Source: Nageia nagi (lineage: Eukaryota; Plantae; Pinophyta). From it: a stretch of 64,000 nt of DNA. Made by a program: the position numbers and the translations under genes. Below the pieces are notes generated by a model. It was not told where the DNA came from and made no database searches. It was given only the letters and a program-made list of their open reading frames with translations. Location: the NCBI GenBank assembly GCA_050084985.1, contig JBITNC010000002.1:3596001-3660000 (forward strand). The letters are read 5' to 3'. This document shows, piece after piece, positions 37,795 to 51,500 of this stretch; position 1 is the stretch's first letter, and every line of letters starts with the position of its first letter.

Positions 37795-40490
37795 TGACGC
37801 CAACAGAGAAGAAACAATAACTGCATTTTTTCTTTGCTTGGAAGAATTCATAAATCTCGTCAAGAACTGAATTTTCAATTCTTATCATTATGTCCTTTCG
37901 TGTTCACTTCCTTAAATGCAACATATATAGTCGATCTTTGCAGTCGCATTCTGCAATCCTTCATCAGGATACAATCGTAATAAAATAATTTTCAATTCCT
38001 AAGTTCTATGATCACCTGAAGTTTTTGGAATTTTCTTCAAGTGTTATGCACATTTGATACAAAAATGATGGGAAAATTGAACACAGTCATTGTTTCACAA
38101 AAACAGAATGCATGCCAGATCTACAACTAAAAACGAAAAACAAAACACGATAATTGCAAGAGGCATACATTTCATAAATATTGAGATGAATCTTCATGTT
38201 CAAGCAACAAATATTTAAAAAGTTGTAATCAAAATTGGCATTCATCTAAAAAATTCAGTTCATGTGGTAAATTCTTGGAAACAATTCAATGAAAGTGAGG
38301 AATCTGCCAATATTTGTACTATAATTTATCGAAGCTTAATCCACAAATGCAAGGAAAAATACGCAAACAAGAGTCCTGACCGGTCGACGGCTCTAACAAA
38401 ATTTTCACTATACTAACAACTAAAAATTTGAAGAAAATATATAATTTTACCTCCCAATTGTCTCCTGAAGAAGGCTTTCAGGGGTTTGAACTTGAGCTTC
38501 CATCTGCTTTGTATCCATGGCCATATAGTCCACGGGTGTACTTTCTACATCCTTTTGCAGCTCTTTTAAAACCTGCGCTAATTCTAGCAGAAACCTTCCA
38601 AATTGCAAAAGAATCCTACTCACAACATGTTCTTTCTTATGGCAAGCTTCCTCTGATAATTTGGCTAACCTACACAGTTGTTTGTTCATATTTTTGGCCC
38701 ATTTTGCGATCTCAGCAGAAGATGAGCAAGAATTCTCACTCATGTCTATAACTTTTTGTAACTTTGAAACTCTAAAGGTTTCCACAGCTTCAAAACACTA
38801 TACTACGCGGTTCAAAATCGAGAAAAGCCCTGCTCTCGAAACAGTGCGGAAAGGCTTCGCTTTACCGGATTCGAACCCGGGTCGATGGAAGAAACCATTG
38901 ACTCAGTATACATTTAGGATTCTTCCGTGGTGTTGAATAGAGACTAATGTTAGAATCAATCTAGAAGTCGTGAATATCCAACAATCGTAGAATCTATGTT
39001 CTGTTGTAGTAAGAAATCAATATTTAAAAAGTTAAAAATAAATAAATTTTATGTAGGAGTTTTTAATTATTATTAATGTAAGGAATGGAAGTGGAATTTG
39101 GAATTTTTCATGTGAGTGTTTTCACATCTTACTTCTCTCAATTCTTTTAATTAATGTTGATTATAAAAGTGTTGCTCCTCTTTAATGAGAATCTTTTTGA
39201 TGAGACTCTAGCTCAAGTGATCAAATAAGATATTGTCCAAGATTGTTCATACAACTTTCAAGTTGAGGTTGGACATCTCAACTATGTATTCAATATTCCA
39301 AAGTGATGAGAAACAATCTAAATGTTTATAATTTGCTCCAATCAACAAAGTCCTTATGAAGGATCTAGAATTAATCCATCTATATTGATATTATTTATTA
39401 ATTGATAAACAATTACTTTAGTCACCAATAGATATATCTTAAATTTTCACTATTCTAAGTACCAATGGATATGATTATTTTTCTCAATGCTAAGTACCTA
39501 ATATAATCTATTTCCACTATTCTACAATATTATAAGCTCATTGATGAACTCCTCATCGATTAAAACTTGATAGCAAAGATACAATACTCCATGATGGAAT
39601 CAAACCAAAAGCAAAAAGCATAATTTTGATACTTTTCAAATGTAATGTAAGTAATAAAAGTTTCAAATAGTGTCTTCCCTAAACTTTAATATATTTGAGA
39701 TTCCTTCCTAATTATGCACTTACATCAGTCTACAATCATCATTTCTTGCATAATTTTAGTATCAAATCATAGAATATATATAGGTGATGGAAATGATTGT
39801 CAATGATATTGATGACCACTAATAATGATAAAGATCACTCATCTAAACAGTGCCTTTCAAAGAAATCAATATTTAAATATTAACCATTGAATGAGATAGT
39901 ATTAGTTCATTGGATTACCTTCTTCCTTCTTCACTTGGAAATTTTTTAGTAGGATCATATTACTCCAAGTAATGCCCATCTTTTATCCAATAAAATCATC
40001 TACAAACATGAGTGTCACATGATTTTTATAATTAACTATTTTCGTAGTTTAAAGACTAATAATTAAAGGGAAACATGAACTAATAGAAAGCAAACTTCTT
40101 GTTATGTTTAAAGGGATATACTTAAGAATTCTTATAATTGATAATTATAATTGGTGAATGATAATTAGAATTCATTATCAAAACATTATTGTTGTTCCAC
40201 GTAGACTTTGACCTATATAGATATAATTGATACATTAAGATAACTATATTAGTTGTTCATATATTGATTTCAAGGAAAAGAATTATTCATAACAATTGAC
40301 ATAACATTAAGTACTATGAGATAACAAATATGAAGGAGTTGATTCTACCTAAATCATCTACACAAACTATATACATCAAATTCTTACAAGATTTAACTGA
40401 CATATTAATCATGATAGGACTTGAGCCAAGTATCATTCATGAAGGTTAGAAATGAGGAACCATCCAATCATTGTAGCAAAACCACATAAG
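37795..40490 (-). pseudogene. Truncated tandem duplicate of the PUB gene 5' region (upstream DNA, exon 1, most of intron 1)
   Basis: 38447-38749 is about 95% identical to exon 1 (58688-58990). 37795-38430 matches intron 1 (57990-58670), and 39208-40490 matches 60790-62265. Exons 2-4 are absent. Confidence 0.9.
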
Positions 40491-42143
40491 TTAATGAAAT
40501 AGTTCTCATCTTGCAAGAAACTCAATTATTTAATTCCATATAAACAATAATTTATTAATTTAAAAACTGAAAGAAAATGAATTAAGGTACAATGATGAAA
40601 ACAATGACTATGCTAATTTCACATAAACTAAATCCACTAATTAAAAGGTTTAAAAAAAAAACATCATAAATCATAAAGATAAAAAATCATAATTCAAAAC
40701 CTATACTTTTTAATCTCATCTTGAAAAGAGTTTAATATTCCAATTTCACATAAACAAGATTGATTAATTAAAAGATTTGAAGATAAAATATTATAAATCA
40801 TAATAATATTAAAAATTCATATTTTTTAATATTTAAATTATTATATGATTCATCAAATATACACAACATACTTTATTAAATCAACTAAATTCAATTTTTT
40901 ATGATTCATAAAATACATATATAATACCTTATTCAATCAACTAAAATTCATTTTTTTAAATTTTAAAACATTAACAAACATGCTCCAGCATATTTAAATA
41001 CCTACAATACCTTATGAAATCAACTAAATTCAAAATTCATTTTTTTATTTTCAAAATATTAACAAATATATCCATCCATATTTATTTCATCCTTTCAATT
41101 TCATTATCTTAATCTTACTTCTAATTTAAATTAAATTATATAATAATTTTGAAATGTGACTAAATTCATCTGTACGATTTCAAAATATTTTAATTGTACA
41201 CACCTACATACGTATACACACAGCTTAGTTTCTTCTACATGCAATACAACCCTTACCAAATTTTACTACATTACTCTTCCATGGCATATAGATATTTTAA
41301 TAGTTGTTTATAGTATTTGTTGCAGTCGTATATCTTATCTCACTTATTCCAGTAAATTAATATCTATCAAGATAGAATAAATGCCTAGTAAAGCATCGTA
41401 ATGACAGTATTAAATTATTATGTCAAAAGTAGCCTCTTGATGCTCTCTTATCACATACTTACACTGGGTTGAAAGCTCCTCTACAAGATCGACTCCCTCC
41501 TCCACAACCTAAACAAACATTTGAGCCTCTTCACAAAAAAAAAAACATTCAAGTCTTAGTCACCAAATTGGCTCTCTATCCTCTACTGTTGTTCCTATAT
41601 TGACTCAATACAATATCGGTGGAAGTTTGCCTGAAATTGCCGGGCTTAGGCATATAGTGATCACAACCGTTCACTGTTACAAATACTAGCTGAATAATAG
41701 ATGGTTCAAAGTAGTTTCTACACATTTCCAATATTTAACTGCCCTCCATATATGTCATCGCCACACACGATATGTTTCATTGCTACATTCCATAACATAT
41801 GAAAGGTAAGTGGCCCACTTCTTGTGGCCATCGTCAAAGCTAATCTGCATATATAGCCGAGGATGTTGGGTATATTAAAAGAATATAAAGCTATCTCAAC
41901 ATTCTTTCTGTAATCTTACCTCAGGATGCTGTTTTTACAGTTTGGTATAATTGTTGGTGTTCCAAGTTATTCTACATGAAATGGAACCACCATTAAAGCC
42001 CTTCCTGAAATCTACCTGCATGAACATAATAGATCTTGTTTACTTAATTAATTGATATCCATATTTATGGACAGTTTCAGAGGTAAATATGCTGTTATAA
42101 GAAGTAATATTACCATGATGAGTATTCTACAAAGCAGTAAGTA

Positions 42144-43642
42144 TCAGGGGTTCCCAGCTGTAGAAACAGAAAAATAATGAGATTGGCTGTGTAAGAGTTC
42201 TAACTGCCGAAGGATTCTACCAGCAGTCTGCCTTTGTGTTGAAGACCCTGTCTGAGCTAGAGTGATAATGTGCATCTGTGCAACATTACCATACTTGTTC
42301 CTATATTCTGCCATGTTGAAGAATTTCTCGCACAGATTAGCACATATCTCTTGGATTTCTGGCGTACCACTGCTAATGAGTCCAATTACAGCAAGAATGC
42401 CATTTTCCTGAGCAATTAAGCGACACCCAGTTTCAGTGTCTCCCACCTGATCGTCTACAAGGGTAGTCAGTGCTTGAAGTGCAGCAAGGACACATGACAT
42501 GTTCTGCTCCTTCAAAATCTGTCTCAGAGGCTTAACAGCACCTGCTTCTACAAGACAGTATGTGCCCTCTATGCTGCAAAGCCCACTATGCAACTTGCAT
42601 ACAATGGGCCTTGAAGAGAAACAGCTCCAGCATGAAGGAGGATCGGGAATGCTACTTAAGCTAGGAGTGCTTTTTGAAAAATAATATAAAGCTCTAGCAG
42701 CACGCTGCTTGGTGAGGCTTCTTCCTGCACTTAGGAGTCTAACCATCTTTTCAATAACCTTCATCTCTGAAAGTTTGCGTTGGTGTTCCTTTTTCAAACA
42801 GAACCTTAAAAGAGCACCAGCACTAGCCTCCACAACAAGATCATTTACACTTTCTAGAAGCTTAACTAATTGAGGCATGATATTGGCTTGCAACAAGATT
42901 GCTAATATCTGGTCATCTTCCGGAGGAAGCTCTGCTAAAATGGATGCAGCGGCAACATGATCTGATTCAGTATATCCTCCTTTGAGCGTCTCCATAATGA
43001 CAGTCAAGCTTTCTGGTTCTTCTTTCAGAGCTGAACAAGCATCGTCTCCAAATGTTCTTGAGAGAAAACTAAATAGTTGTACTGCTCTTTTTCTAACCCT
43101 CTGATCTATAGATGTCTTCCACAGATTTATGAGCAACTTGAATGCATCGTTCTCTTTCATCTTTGTTTGGGCAGTAATGTTTATTTTATTTCCATTTGCC
43201 AATCCTATCATCCCTTGCAATATGTGGTAATGAACATCTGGTACAGTAATGGGCCCCATCAGAGAAAGGAACATTGTAATTACCTCTTCTATCTCTGCCT
43301 CTTTATCAGCCTTTCCTGCATAGTCATCTACAGTAGCACTGAATATGTTGGCCAATACATGTGCTGCACCTGTTTTAATTGTTTCTGAAGATTTTGCAGA
43401 ATTCAATTGCTTGACAAGGGCTTGAAGACCTCCAACATTATCAACTATCCTGCTTATGGACAGGACAGAAGACAAACTTTCAAGGGCATTGATTGCTGCT
43501 ATGCATGCTTCATCATCTTCACTGTTCATCATCTCTATAAGAATTGAAATGGTTTCTGCTGTTGCTACGATTTCCTTGCTCCTGTCAGGCATATGCAAGC
43601 GCCCAAGAGTCTTCGTCATTAAGATCCGAGACTCATACTCAC
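42144..43642 (-). CDS. U-box/ARM E3 ubiquitin ligase (SAUL1/PUB43/44-like), exon 4, ARM repeats and stop
   Basis: Acceptor ttttgtag|G at 43643/43642, phase 1 matching exon 3. ARM-like repeats; CWSCF...CKLHSGLCS...YCLVEAGAV and terminal LHSQSHYF are typical of this clade. Confidence 0.93.
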
Positions 43643-43904
43643 CTACAAAATAAAAGCTGCAAATAAATTAGGACTCGAATAACATCAATGCAAAAACAAC
43701 CATGTGGGTCTCCATAAAATCAGTTAATGATGCATATCAATGCGACATTCATAATTATAAAAATTTAGGCATTGATACAGAACAATGGTCATTGAAGTGA
43801 ATTCGCCATTTATAAGTTTGACTGCACAGATTAAACAGATATTCATACAGCTCCCTAAACTGGGAAATGTTTTTCTGTAGCATAGTTTATGTAGATCTAT
43901 GGTA

Positions 43905-46064
43905 ACTCATTTAGGAAACTATCGGTCAGAGGATAACAGAGAATCAGGTGTTTGCGAAGGGCAGCAGGAGGCGAGCTAGGGCTCAAGGCGGAGGCCCTGC
44001 CCTGCTACGGGCTGCGCAGGAAGGTCATGTTAATTCTATTAGAATAGATGAGGATTAATTCCGGTTGAGAAAGATGAAAGTCATAGAGAGATTTATTTTC
44101 GCAGAAACATCACCACCTCTGAAGGATACGGCTTCTAAGAATGGTAAACTTTATCTTAAGATCCCATGCGAAATAACCAATAAATTGGCAGAAAATGGGC
44201 AGCTGAGCCTAGTTGGAAAACTATAGGGTGCGAGACCAAATATTGATGCAATCAGGAAATGGGCGAAATTCCGATGGAAGGTGAAAGGAAGTATGGACAT
44301 CATTGCGATGCCAAACGATTATATGATGTTTGTTTTCAGCAATGAGGAAGATAAGGATTATGTCTTGAACTCCCAATGGTTTTTCGTATAGTTAGAAAAA
44401 TCGGAATTGGATCTGAATCGTTTGACTGCAGGATTCATATTTTTTGAAAAATTGGATAAAATCGGCAAAAAAATCGGATAAAATCAGCAAAAAATCGGTA
44501 TAGAGAAAAATGAAGGAATTTCTCCTATTTGACATTGAAAATTTGAAACAAATCAATTTTAGCTATATCTCAACATTGAATATTACATAGACAACATTCC
44601 ATATAGAATAACACATAACATAACCAACATTGCATATCAAAGAAATTGTAGAGTTTTGTATTACATATCGAATCTCCAAGTGTCAAGGACCGAAACACAT
44701 TAAATAATGTGACATAACAAAATCTCAATCAAAAGATTCAAAACATTCATTTAGTGCTACTGCTAAAAAATCCTAAAAAATAACAAAATCTGAATCAAAA
44801 CATTCATCTAGTGCTACTACTAAAAAAGCCTTAAAAAATCGTTGGCCGATTTTTTGCCAAAAAATCGCGATTAAAAAAAAAATTGGGAATCAGAATCGGA
44901 AAAAATCCTTTTGCAAAAAAATCGGATCCGATTCGAATCGAATCATTTGCTTGGCCGATTCCGATTTTAGACGATTTTATCCGATTCCGATTTTAGGCAA
45001 TTTTCCTAACTATGGTTTTTTCGGAACAAGGGGATTGTTCTTGGAAAGATGGAGGCCAGGATTCAATCCGGCGCGTGCTCAAATAATGAAGGCACCAATT
45101 TGGGTAACACTACCAAATCTGTCCTTCGATCTTTGAAGGTATTGGTAACTCCTTTGGAAAATTTGTTACAATTGATGGAGTTGGCTGCCTGCTTCTGTGT
45201 AATGGTAGAATTCGGAGTGAAATTGCCTAAATCGATTGCTCTAGAATTAGAAATAGGGAATTGGAAGTAAGAAATCCGATATGAAGCCAATAATTGTGTA
45301 TGCTTGATCTATTATCAGGTTGGACACATACTATGCTCTTGCTCGGCAAGATTGGCCATGAATAATACAGTTTGGCGCCGAAAGCAGAATATTGAAGTGG
45401 TGCACGAAATGGTTGAGGTAGGAGAAATCCAAATGGAAGAGGAAAGTGAAGATAGAGAATCAGAAAGTGTAAATGAACTCAAAGGAAATCCAGTAGCTAC
45501 CTCCGAAGGAACGACCCAACCTCAGTAGCCCCATGATTCCAACCCACAAGTGGATGAATGGTTGTAGGTGACAAATATAAACAAGAAAAACAAGAAGATA
45601 AATTTGGGACAGTTTGGGAAACCGTAGCAAAGGAAGCTCAGTTTGATAGATAGATAGTAACCCGAAGCACGCATAAGGAGGTCGAGATGGAGTCAAAACA
45701 CTAAGGAAAACCAAGTGCAGGAGAGCATAGAATTAAGGAAACAACTAGGAATGTGGCTAATGGGAGGCAAGGAACTTTGGACGATTTTCGGGGAAGAGCT
45801 TCCCAAAATCAACTAAAGGATTTCACAAGGACTGCTAACAAGATTAACATCAACGTTTTTTGGGAGCCTACTCTTGAGCTATGAAGATGGTAGCAATCTG
45901 AAATTTAAGAGCTTAACATTAGTTTTATATTTATTCAATTGCCCGTAGTTTGTGCTGTGGCAACTACAAGTTTTGTAAATATCTGAAATCTTTTGTAAAT
46001 ACAAGTTTTGGGGCCCTATTTTTTTTTAAAACCCACTTTAACTTTTTACCTGTATCATAAAACA
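43905..46064 (+). mobile_element. L1-type LINE derivative with ORF1 only (DUF4283-like + zinc knuckle), no ORF2
   Basis: 16-bp TSD ATGTAGATCTATG(G/T)TA (43889-43904, 46065-46080). GC-rich 5' leader; SLVGKL..PNIDAIRKW...WFFGTRGLFLERWRPGFNP..APIWVTLPNL; C..YQVGH...C knuckle; A-rich 3' end. Confidence 0.85.
44387..45014. mobile_element. hAT-type MITE inserted in the LINE ORF1
   Basis: TIRs TATAGTTAGAAAAA / TTTTCCTAACTATG; 8-bp TSD GTTTTTCG (44379-44386) vs GTTTTTTCG (45015-45023); many subterminal AATCGG/CCGATT repeats. Removing it restores the frame QWFFGTRG. Confidence 0.9.
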
Positions 46065-46641
46065 ATGTAGATCTATGTTATGAATGAGATGACTTGTATT
46101 TAGTCCATTCTAAAATTAAATGGTTACATTCCTGGCCTTGCAGCTGATCCACACACATCATCTCTGTGAAGCCTAAACTGTACCATTGTCATCATTCAAA
46201 AGCCACATTCATCTACAGTCATAGTCATTCTAGAAAATTCAAAAAGAAGATAAGAGGCGAAAAGCATTGGTTTTGGAAATTAATATAGCCCAAAACAAAT
46301 TAAAGTTGAAAAACAACAAAAATTTGAACAAATCTGAGATCTGGATAAAGAAAAATAAGAATTGAAACCAAGATTCTGCTTAAATGGATAGCTACGTGAA
46401 GTTTCTGAGAAAAAAGAGTACAAAACAATATTGCATCTACAAAAAAAACGTGCATAGGGTGTACACGAGGTCACAAAGGAGTTACAGATAGTTACAGAGC
46501 ACTGCAGCAAGAGTTGTTTTACCGTCTGCAGCTCAAAACATTCTTTGGGCAGCCAATCTGACTTGCAGATGTTATCTGAGCCTACTGATTTTGCCTAGAC
46601 GCCATAGTAGTACTCGAAAAAAACATCTCTAGGGGCACAAA

Positions 46642-46812
46642 TATGGATTAGTTTTTCCATTTGGTAAGGATCTTCATGGATAAGTACGAAGATTCAAATA
46701 GTTAGCTAAGTCCCAGGATGAATAACATATCATCCTTATTACAATTTAGTGTACTACTAGATAAATGACCTTGGAACAAAAGCTTCTTGAATCCCAATCA
46801 TTCCTTCCAACA
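46642..46812 (-). mobile_element. Short solo LTR with TSD ACAAA
   Basis: ACAAA at 46637-46641 and 46813-46817. Homologous to 48183-48200, 48435-48557 and 53533-53549. Confidence 0.65.
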
Positions 46813-48565
46813 ACAAAACTTTAGAATCTGAAGTTTATAAGGAAAGATAAGTGGGAGCCAAACAAGGAGCATCAAAAATAAGTTAGCATGTCCAAAATAT
46901 GAGTGACGATAAGTAGAAAGAGGACCCCATCAGAATCATTCACCACAGTGAAGCAACTTATGGAAGAAGGCTTGAACTTCAACTCTGAAGGATGGAGTAC
47001 CTGTAGCATAAGGTGCAAAGATCATCATGCAAATTAGAAAAACACCCAAATCTGTTGCAAGTCGGAAAAGACCCAAATATACTGCAATGCACCAGCCTCT
47101 GAGGTTGTGGTAGTGATAAGAACTCCTCCCACTAAGAAAATGAAGATACTTGAAGCTACTGTTGTAAGCTTAGGAAAAAAATCTGATAAACCTAAGTTGT
47201 AGTGTAGAAAAAAGAGATAATATTGTATGGCAATAAGAACATCTCAAAGTACCACGAAGTAGATTCCACTGTCAAAGAAGATGATGTCACAAACAACAAC
47301 TAATAGACCATTGCAAGCAACAAGTTTTATCCTACAAAATGAACAAAAATTGCAATAAAAAATAATTAAAAAGTGATGCAAAAGCTTATTTATATGGGAT
47401 TGGCGTGAAATAAAACTTGAAAGACAATGCAATGGGGTCATACACCCACTCATTCAAAGCTCTCTAAATTAGGAATCCGACAGTTTTGACAACATAGCAA
47501 TCTGATGCTGGACGAAAAAGTTATGGTAAAAGCATGATTGTTATCAAAATTGTCAAAATATAAACATTTTTTATGACTAATAAAAGTTGATTTGGTTGCA
47601 AAGATCTTGCAACCAGGAATCCAGCAATTCTGACAACGTAGAAATGCAAAGCCAGACACAAAAGTAATGATTGAAACGTAATAGTTATCAAGACTATCAA
47701 AATAAAAATATTTTTTTTATATTTTGTAAAACTAAAAAATATTATTTTACAGGTCCTTAACTATAAGAGCTCTGAGAAATCAGAAGGCATGGAATAGGGT
47801 ACAGTAAAATTCCCAAATGTGCACGAATGATGTCCAAAAGTATAATGCCAAGCGTGTGTACAAAAACTTGAATAGACAAAGAATTATGCCATGAAAAGGA
47901 GCCACCGACAGATAATTGAAATACCTAATAACAAAATCTTAAAATTTCAAAGGGAATCAAGATTTGATCTAGAATGTAAAATGAAAACTCTAGACCAAAA
48001 CTGCTATTCATATGGAATTTGGAAAATCTAAGAACAAATGAATGGTTAATTTCAAAGGTGGAATTGCAAGCAAATATCCAAATCCAAATTCTGTGAATGT
48101 TGCTTATGACAATGGAGGGAGGGGAATTACCAAGAGGCAATTTCCCCACAGACCGATAATGGTTTTGTCTCTGATACCAATATATGGCTTATTTTCCAAA
48201 TGACAACGGTTTGCACTTTAGAACCTTTAAACAGACTTGGAAAGAACGAATTTAGAATGTGACAATATATCTCACATTGATATCGTGAGATCACAAGGGA
48301 TAACAATAGATGAATACTAACAACTAACTAGAAATAAGTACAAATATAGAATGTGACAATATATCTCACAATGATATCGTGAGATCACGAGTGCTAACAA
48401 TAGATGAAAAGTAACAACTAACTACAAATAAGTATTCATGAATAACTATTAAAATTGAAAGTGTTAACTATGTCCTAGGATGAATAACCTATCATCCATA
48501 TTACAATTTAACACACTAATAGATGTATGACCTTGGAACATAAGCTGCTTGAATCCTCATTAGCA

Positions 48566-51500
48566 CCTAGTTGTCAAACTCATCAGGAATCATGAGTTCG
48601 AGTCCCGAGTGGGCTCTAGCAATGTTAGAATAATAATACATTAGAGTTTAATTATAGATTAGTGGTTAATTATAAGATAGCGGTTAATTATAGGAACTCT
48701 TTTCTATTTTTTGGCTCTCTCTTTTGTAGTTATACTTGATTAAGGAATGTAATAAAGCAAGTCTCTTATTTCAATCTTATATGGTATCAGATCCACTCCT
48801 AGTGAGGGTTTTCCTGGGTTGCCAATAGGCTGAGTGAAATTTATCTTGTCTTGCATAAATCTTGTGAATGTAGCAGCCAATTCTTTGATAAGGTGTGTGA
48901 ATGTTTTTTTTTTTTGACATTGCTAGAGGTGCGCAAAAGCATGCATTGTCAAATATCTGCCGCATTAAGGACTTTATACAATATGTGCCAAGAAGTGAGA
49001 CCATCCATTCATTCTGAGACTGAATTGTGGTGTTTTCTGGGACAACATTATTTGGTGATTTCTCTCCAAGTGCAAACAATCCAGTGTGAGGTAAAAGACC
49101 ACTCAACACCTTGCAATTTGATTTTGTTGAGAAGAACAAATTTTGTTGCCATTGTTCACTGAAATTTGATCACATTAATCTTGAATCAGGCTCTATTTTG
49201 CAATCTTGGGTTTGGAATTATAGAAAATCTTATCTAGGATATGCATATAATGGACGATTTCTTCATAATTGTGTACAAAATGGTACAAATTGCTCCAAAA
49301 ATCCTCCTTCCTGATTCTCAAGTCTTAAAAGAAACCAATCATGCTACTTGGAAAACAAAAATTCAAGCCATTCTTGAAATTGATGGCTTGTGGGGCATTG
49401 TTGAAACTGTTGGAGATCCACAAAAAGAATTTGATCAATGCAATAGAAAGGCATGTATGACCCTCTTTCTTGGAATCTTAGATGGTGTCCAACCCCATGT
49501 TTGTGATTCCAAAGATGCTATTGAACAACAAGTGTTTGAATCAAATAATCAAAATCAGATTCTTCATCTTCAAAGATAGTTGCATGGTGGGAAGAAGTTA
49601 GAATCATTTCTTCGTCGAGTTGCAAAACTTTGTGCCTCCCTATATGCATTAGGAGAGCCGGTGGAAGATAAGCTCCTTGTACCCATTGTCATGAGAGCAC
49701 TCCTGGAGTCATATCGCATCTTTGTGACATCCTTGAACATCACCAACTAGAAGCTAGACTTTGAAGAGTTGGTGAATATGCTACAACAAGAAGAGGCCTT
49801 CCATGAGAATTCAAATGAAGAAGAGCATGCAATGGTGTCCACTTAGAAAGGCAAGAACCAACAAAAGGAAAAAAACAAGTCACAAGACACCAACACATTG
49901 AAAAAGAGTTGCTTGATTTGTGGAAAGAAAAAGCATGAATTCCAAGATTGTTTGTACGATTCTTTCGCTCAAGGTTTTTCGAGTGATAAGAATCAGAAAC
50001 ATAAAGGACAACCAACCAAGAACAAAGGAGAATGGAGAACTCGAAGACCACAATGAAAACAACAAGGGAATGTTGCTAATGCTAAAAAAGAAGAGAAGTC
50101 AGAAGATTTTGCTCTTACCCATCAAGAGCAACCATCCATAACCACCACTTGGTATGTGTATTTTGGTGCTATCAAGCACATGACTTGGTGGAAGGATTGG
50201 TTCATTTATTTGGATGAGAAATCCTATCCTAGACAAGTACAATTGGGAGATGATACACCCTATTCAATTGAGGGGAATGGAGATATGTGAATTCATCTTC
50301 GAAAGCATAACTACCAAATTAAGGAGGTCTTGTATGTGTCAAGACTCAAAAAGAATCTCTTGTCTGTTAATCAAATGTTGGATCACAACCTTAGAGTGTA
50401 GTTTGATACTTTGGATGGGAAGAAATATTGTCCCATTCGAGACAAATCCAAAGATTCTTGAATTGTCACTCGAACAATAGGAGTTGGGAAGATGTTCTTG
50501 CTTGATGTTGTGGCTTCCAACAATCAAGCACTCACTATTAATGTTTCATATGACACCACTCTTCGGCACTGCAAATATGGACACATGAATTCCCACTAGT
50601 TGATTACCTTGCAACAGAAGAAAATGGTCCATGGTCTTTCCTCTCTTACTTCTTCTACAACTATTTGTTCATATTGAATCGTAGGAAAATAACATAGGTA
50701 CTTTTTGAGGCTAGCACTCATCGTTCTATGGGACTTCTTGATGCAATCCATTCCGATATGTGCAACCCCATTAAAGACAACCACACTTGCTACTCATATT
50801 TCTTGTTGTTTGTTGATGATGACTCCTAAAAAATGTGGCTTGAAAGAAAGTTTAGAGACCTTTGAGTACTTCAAGGAGTTCGAGGCTCATGTGGAGAATG
50901 CCACTAGTCGTCAAATATATGTACTTTGCTCAAATCAAGGGGAGAGTACATATCAAATGAGTTTTTCGCATTCTTGAACGAGAATGGGATTTGGTGGTAG
51001 TTGACCACATCAGACACACCACAACAAAATGTTGTTGAATGACGAAATCATACCATTGTAGAGAAGGTGAGGCGCATCTTGAAGGATGCAAACTTGCATC
51101 TTGATTTTTGGGCTGAAGTTGTGAGGGTTGCAATATATTTTTTCAATAGCACCTACTAAAATTCTTGAGGGGGTACCTCTTGAAGAAGCATGGTCAGGGG
51201 TGAAACCATCTATCTTTCATCTTCGAGTATTTGGTAGCACAACCTACATGCACATTCCCAAAGAGCAACGAACAAAGTTGGAAGATAACTCCTTGAGGTG
51301 CATTCTTCTCGAGTATAGTAGCAAATTTAAAGGTTACATACTCATGGATCCTACTATTCAAAAGATATATGTGAACAGAGATGTTGTCTTTGATGAGACT
51401 AGTGATTCTCCAACCACTCCACCTATAGCACCACCTATTCAAGAAATTGATCCTATCACCACTCATGATGATGAAGATATTGAGCAAGGAGTAGATCCTA

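Noticed and set aside
41630-41920. Possible 3' UTR intron of the PUB gene (GAG|GTAAGA near 41919)
   Set aside because: Splice-like motifs alone are not enough without transcript data.
48590-48610. GAGTTCGAGTCCC as a tRNA/SINE B-box
   Set aside because: Better explained as GAGTC-type subterminal repeats of the hAT-like element starting at 48566.
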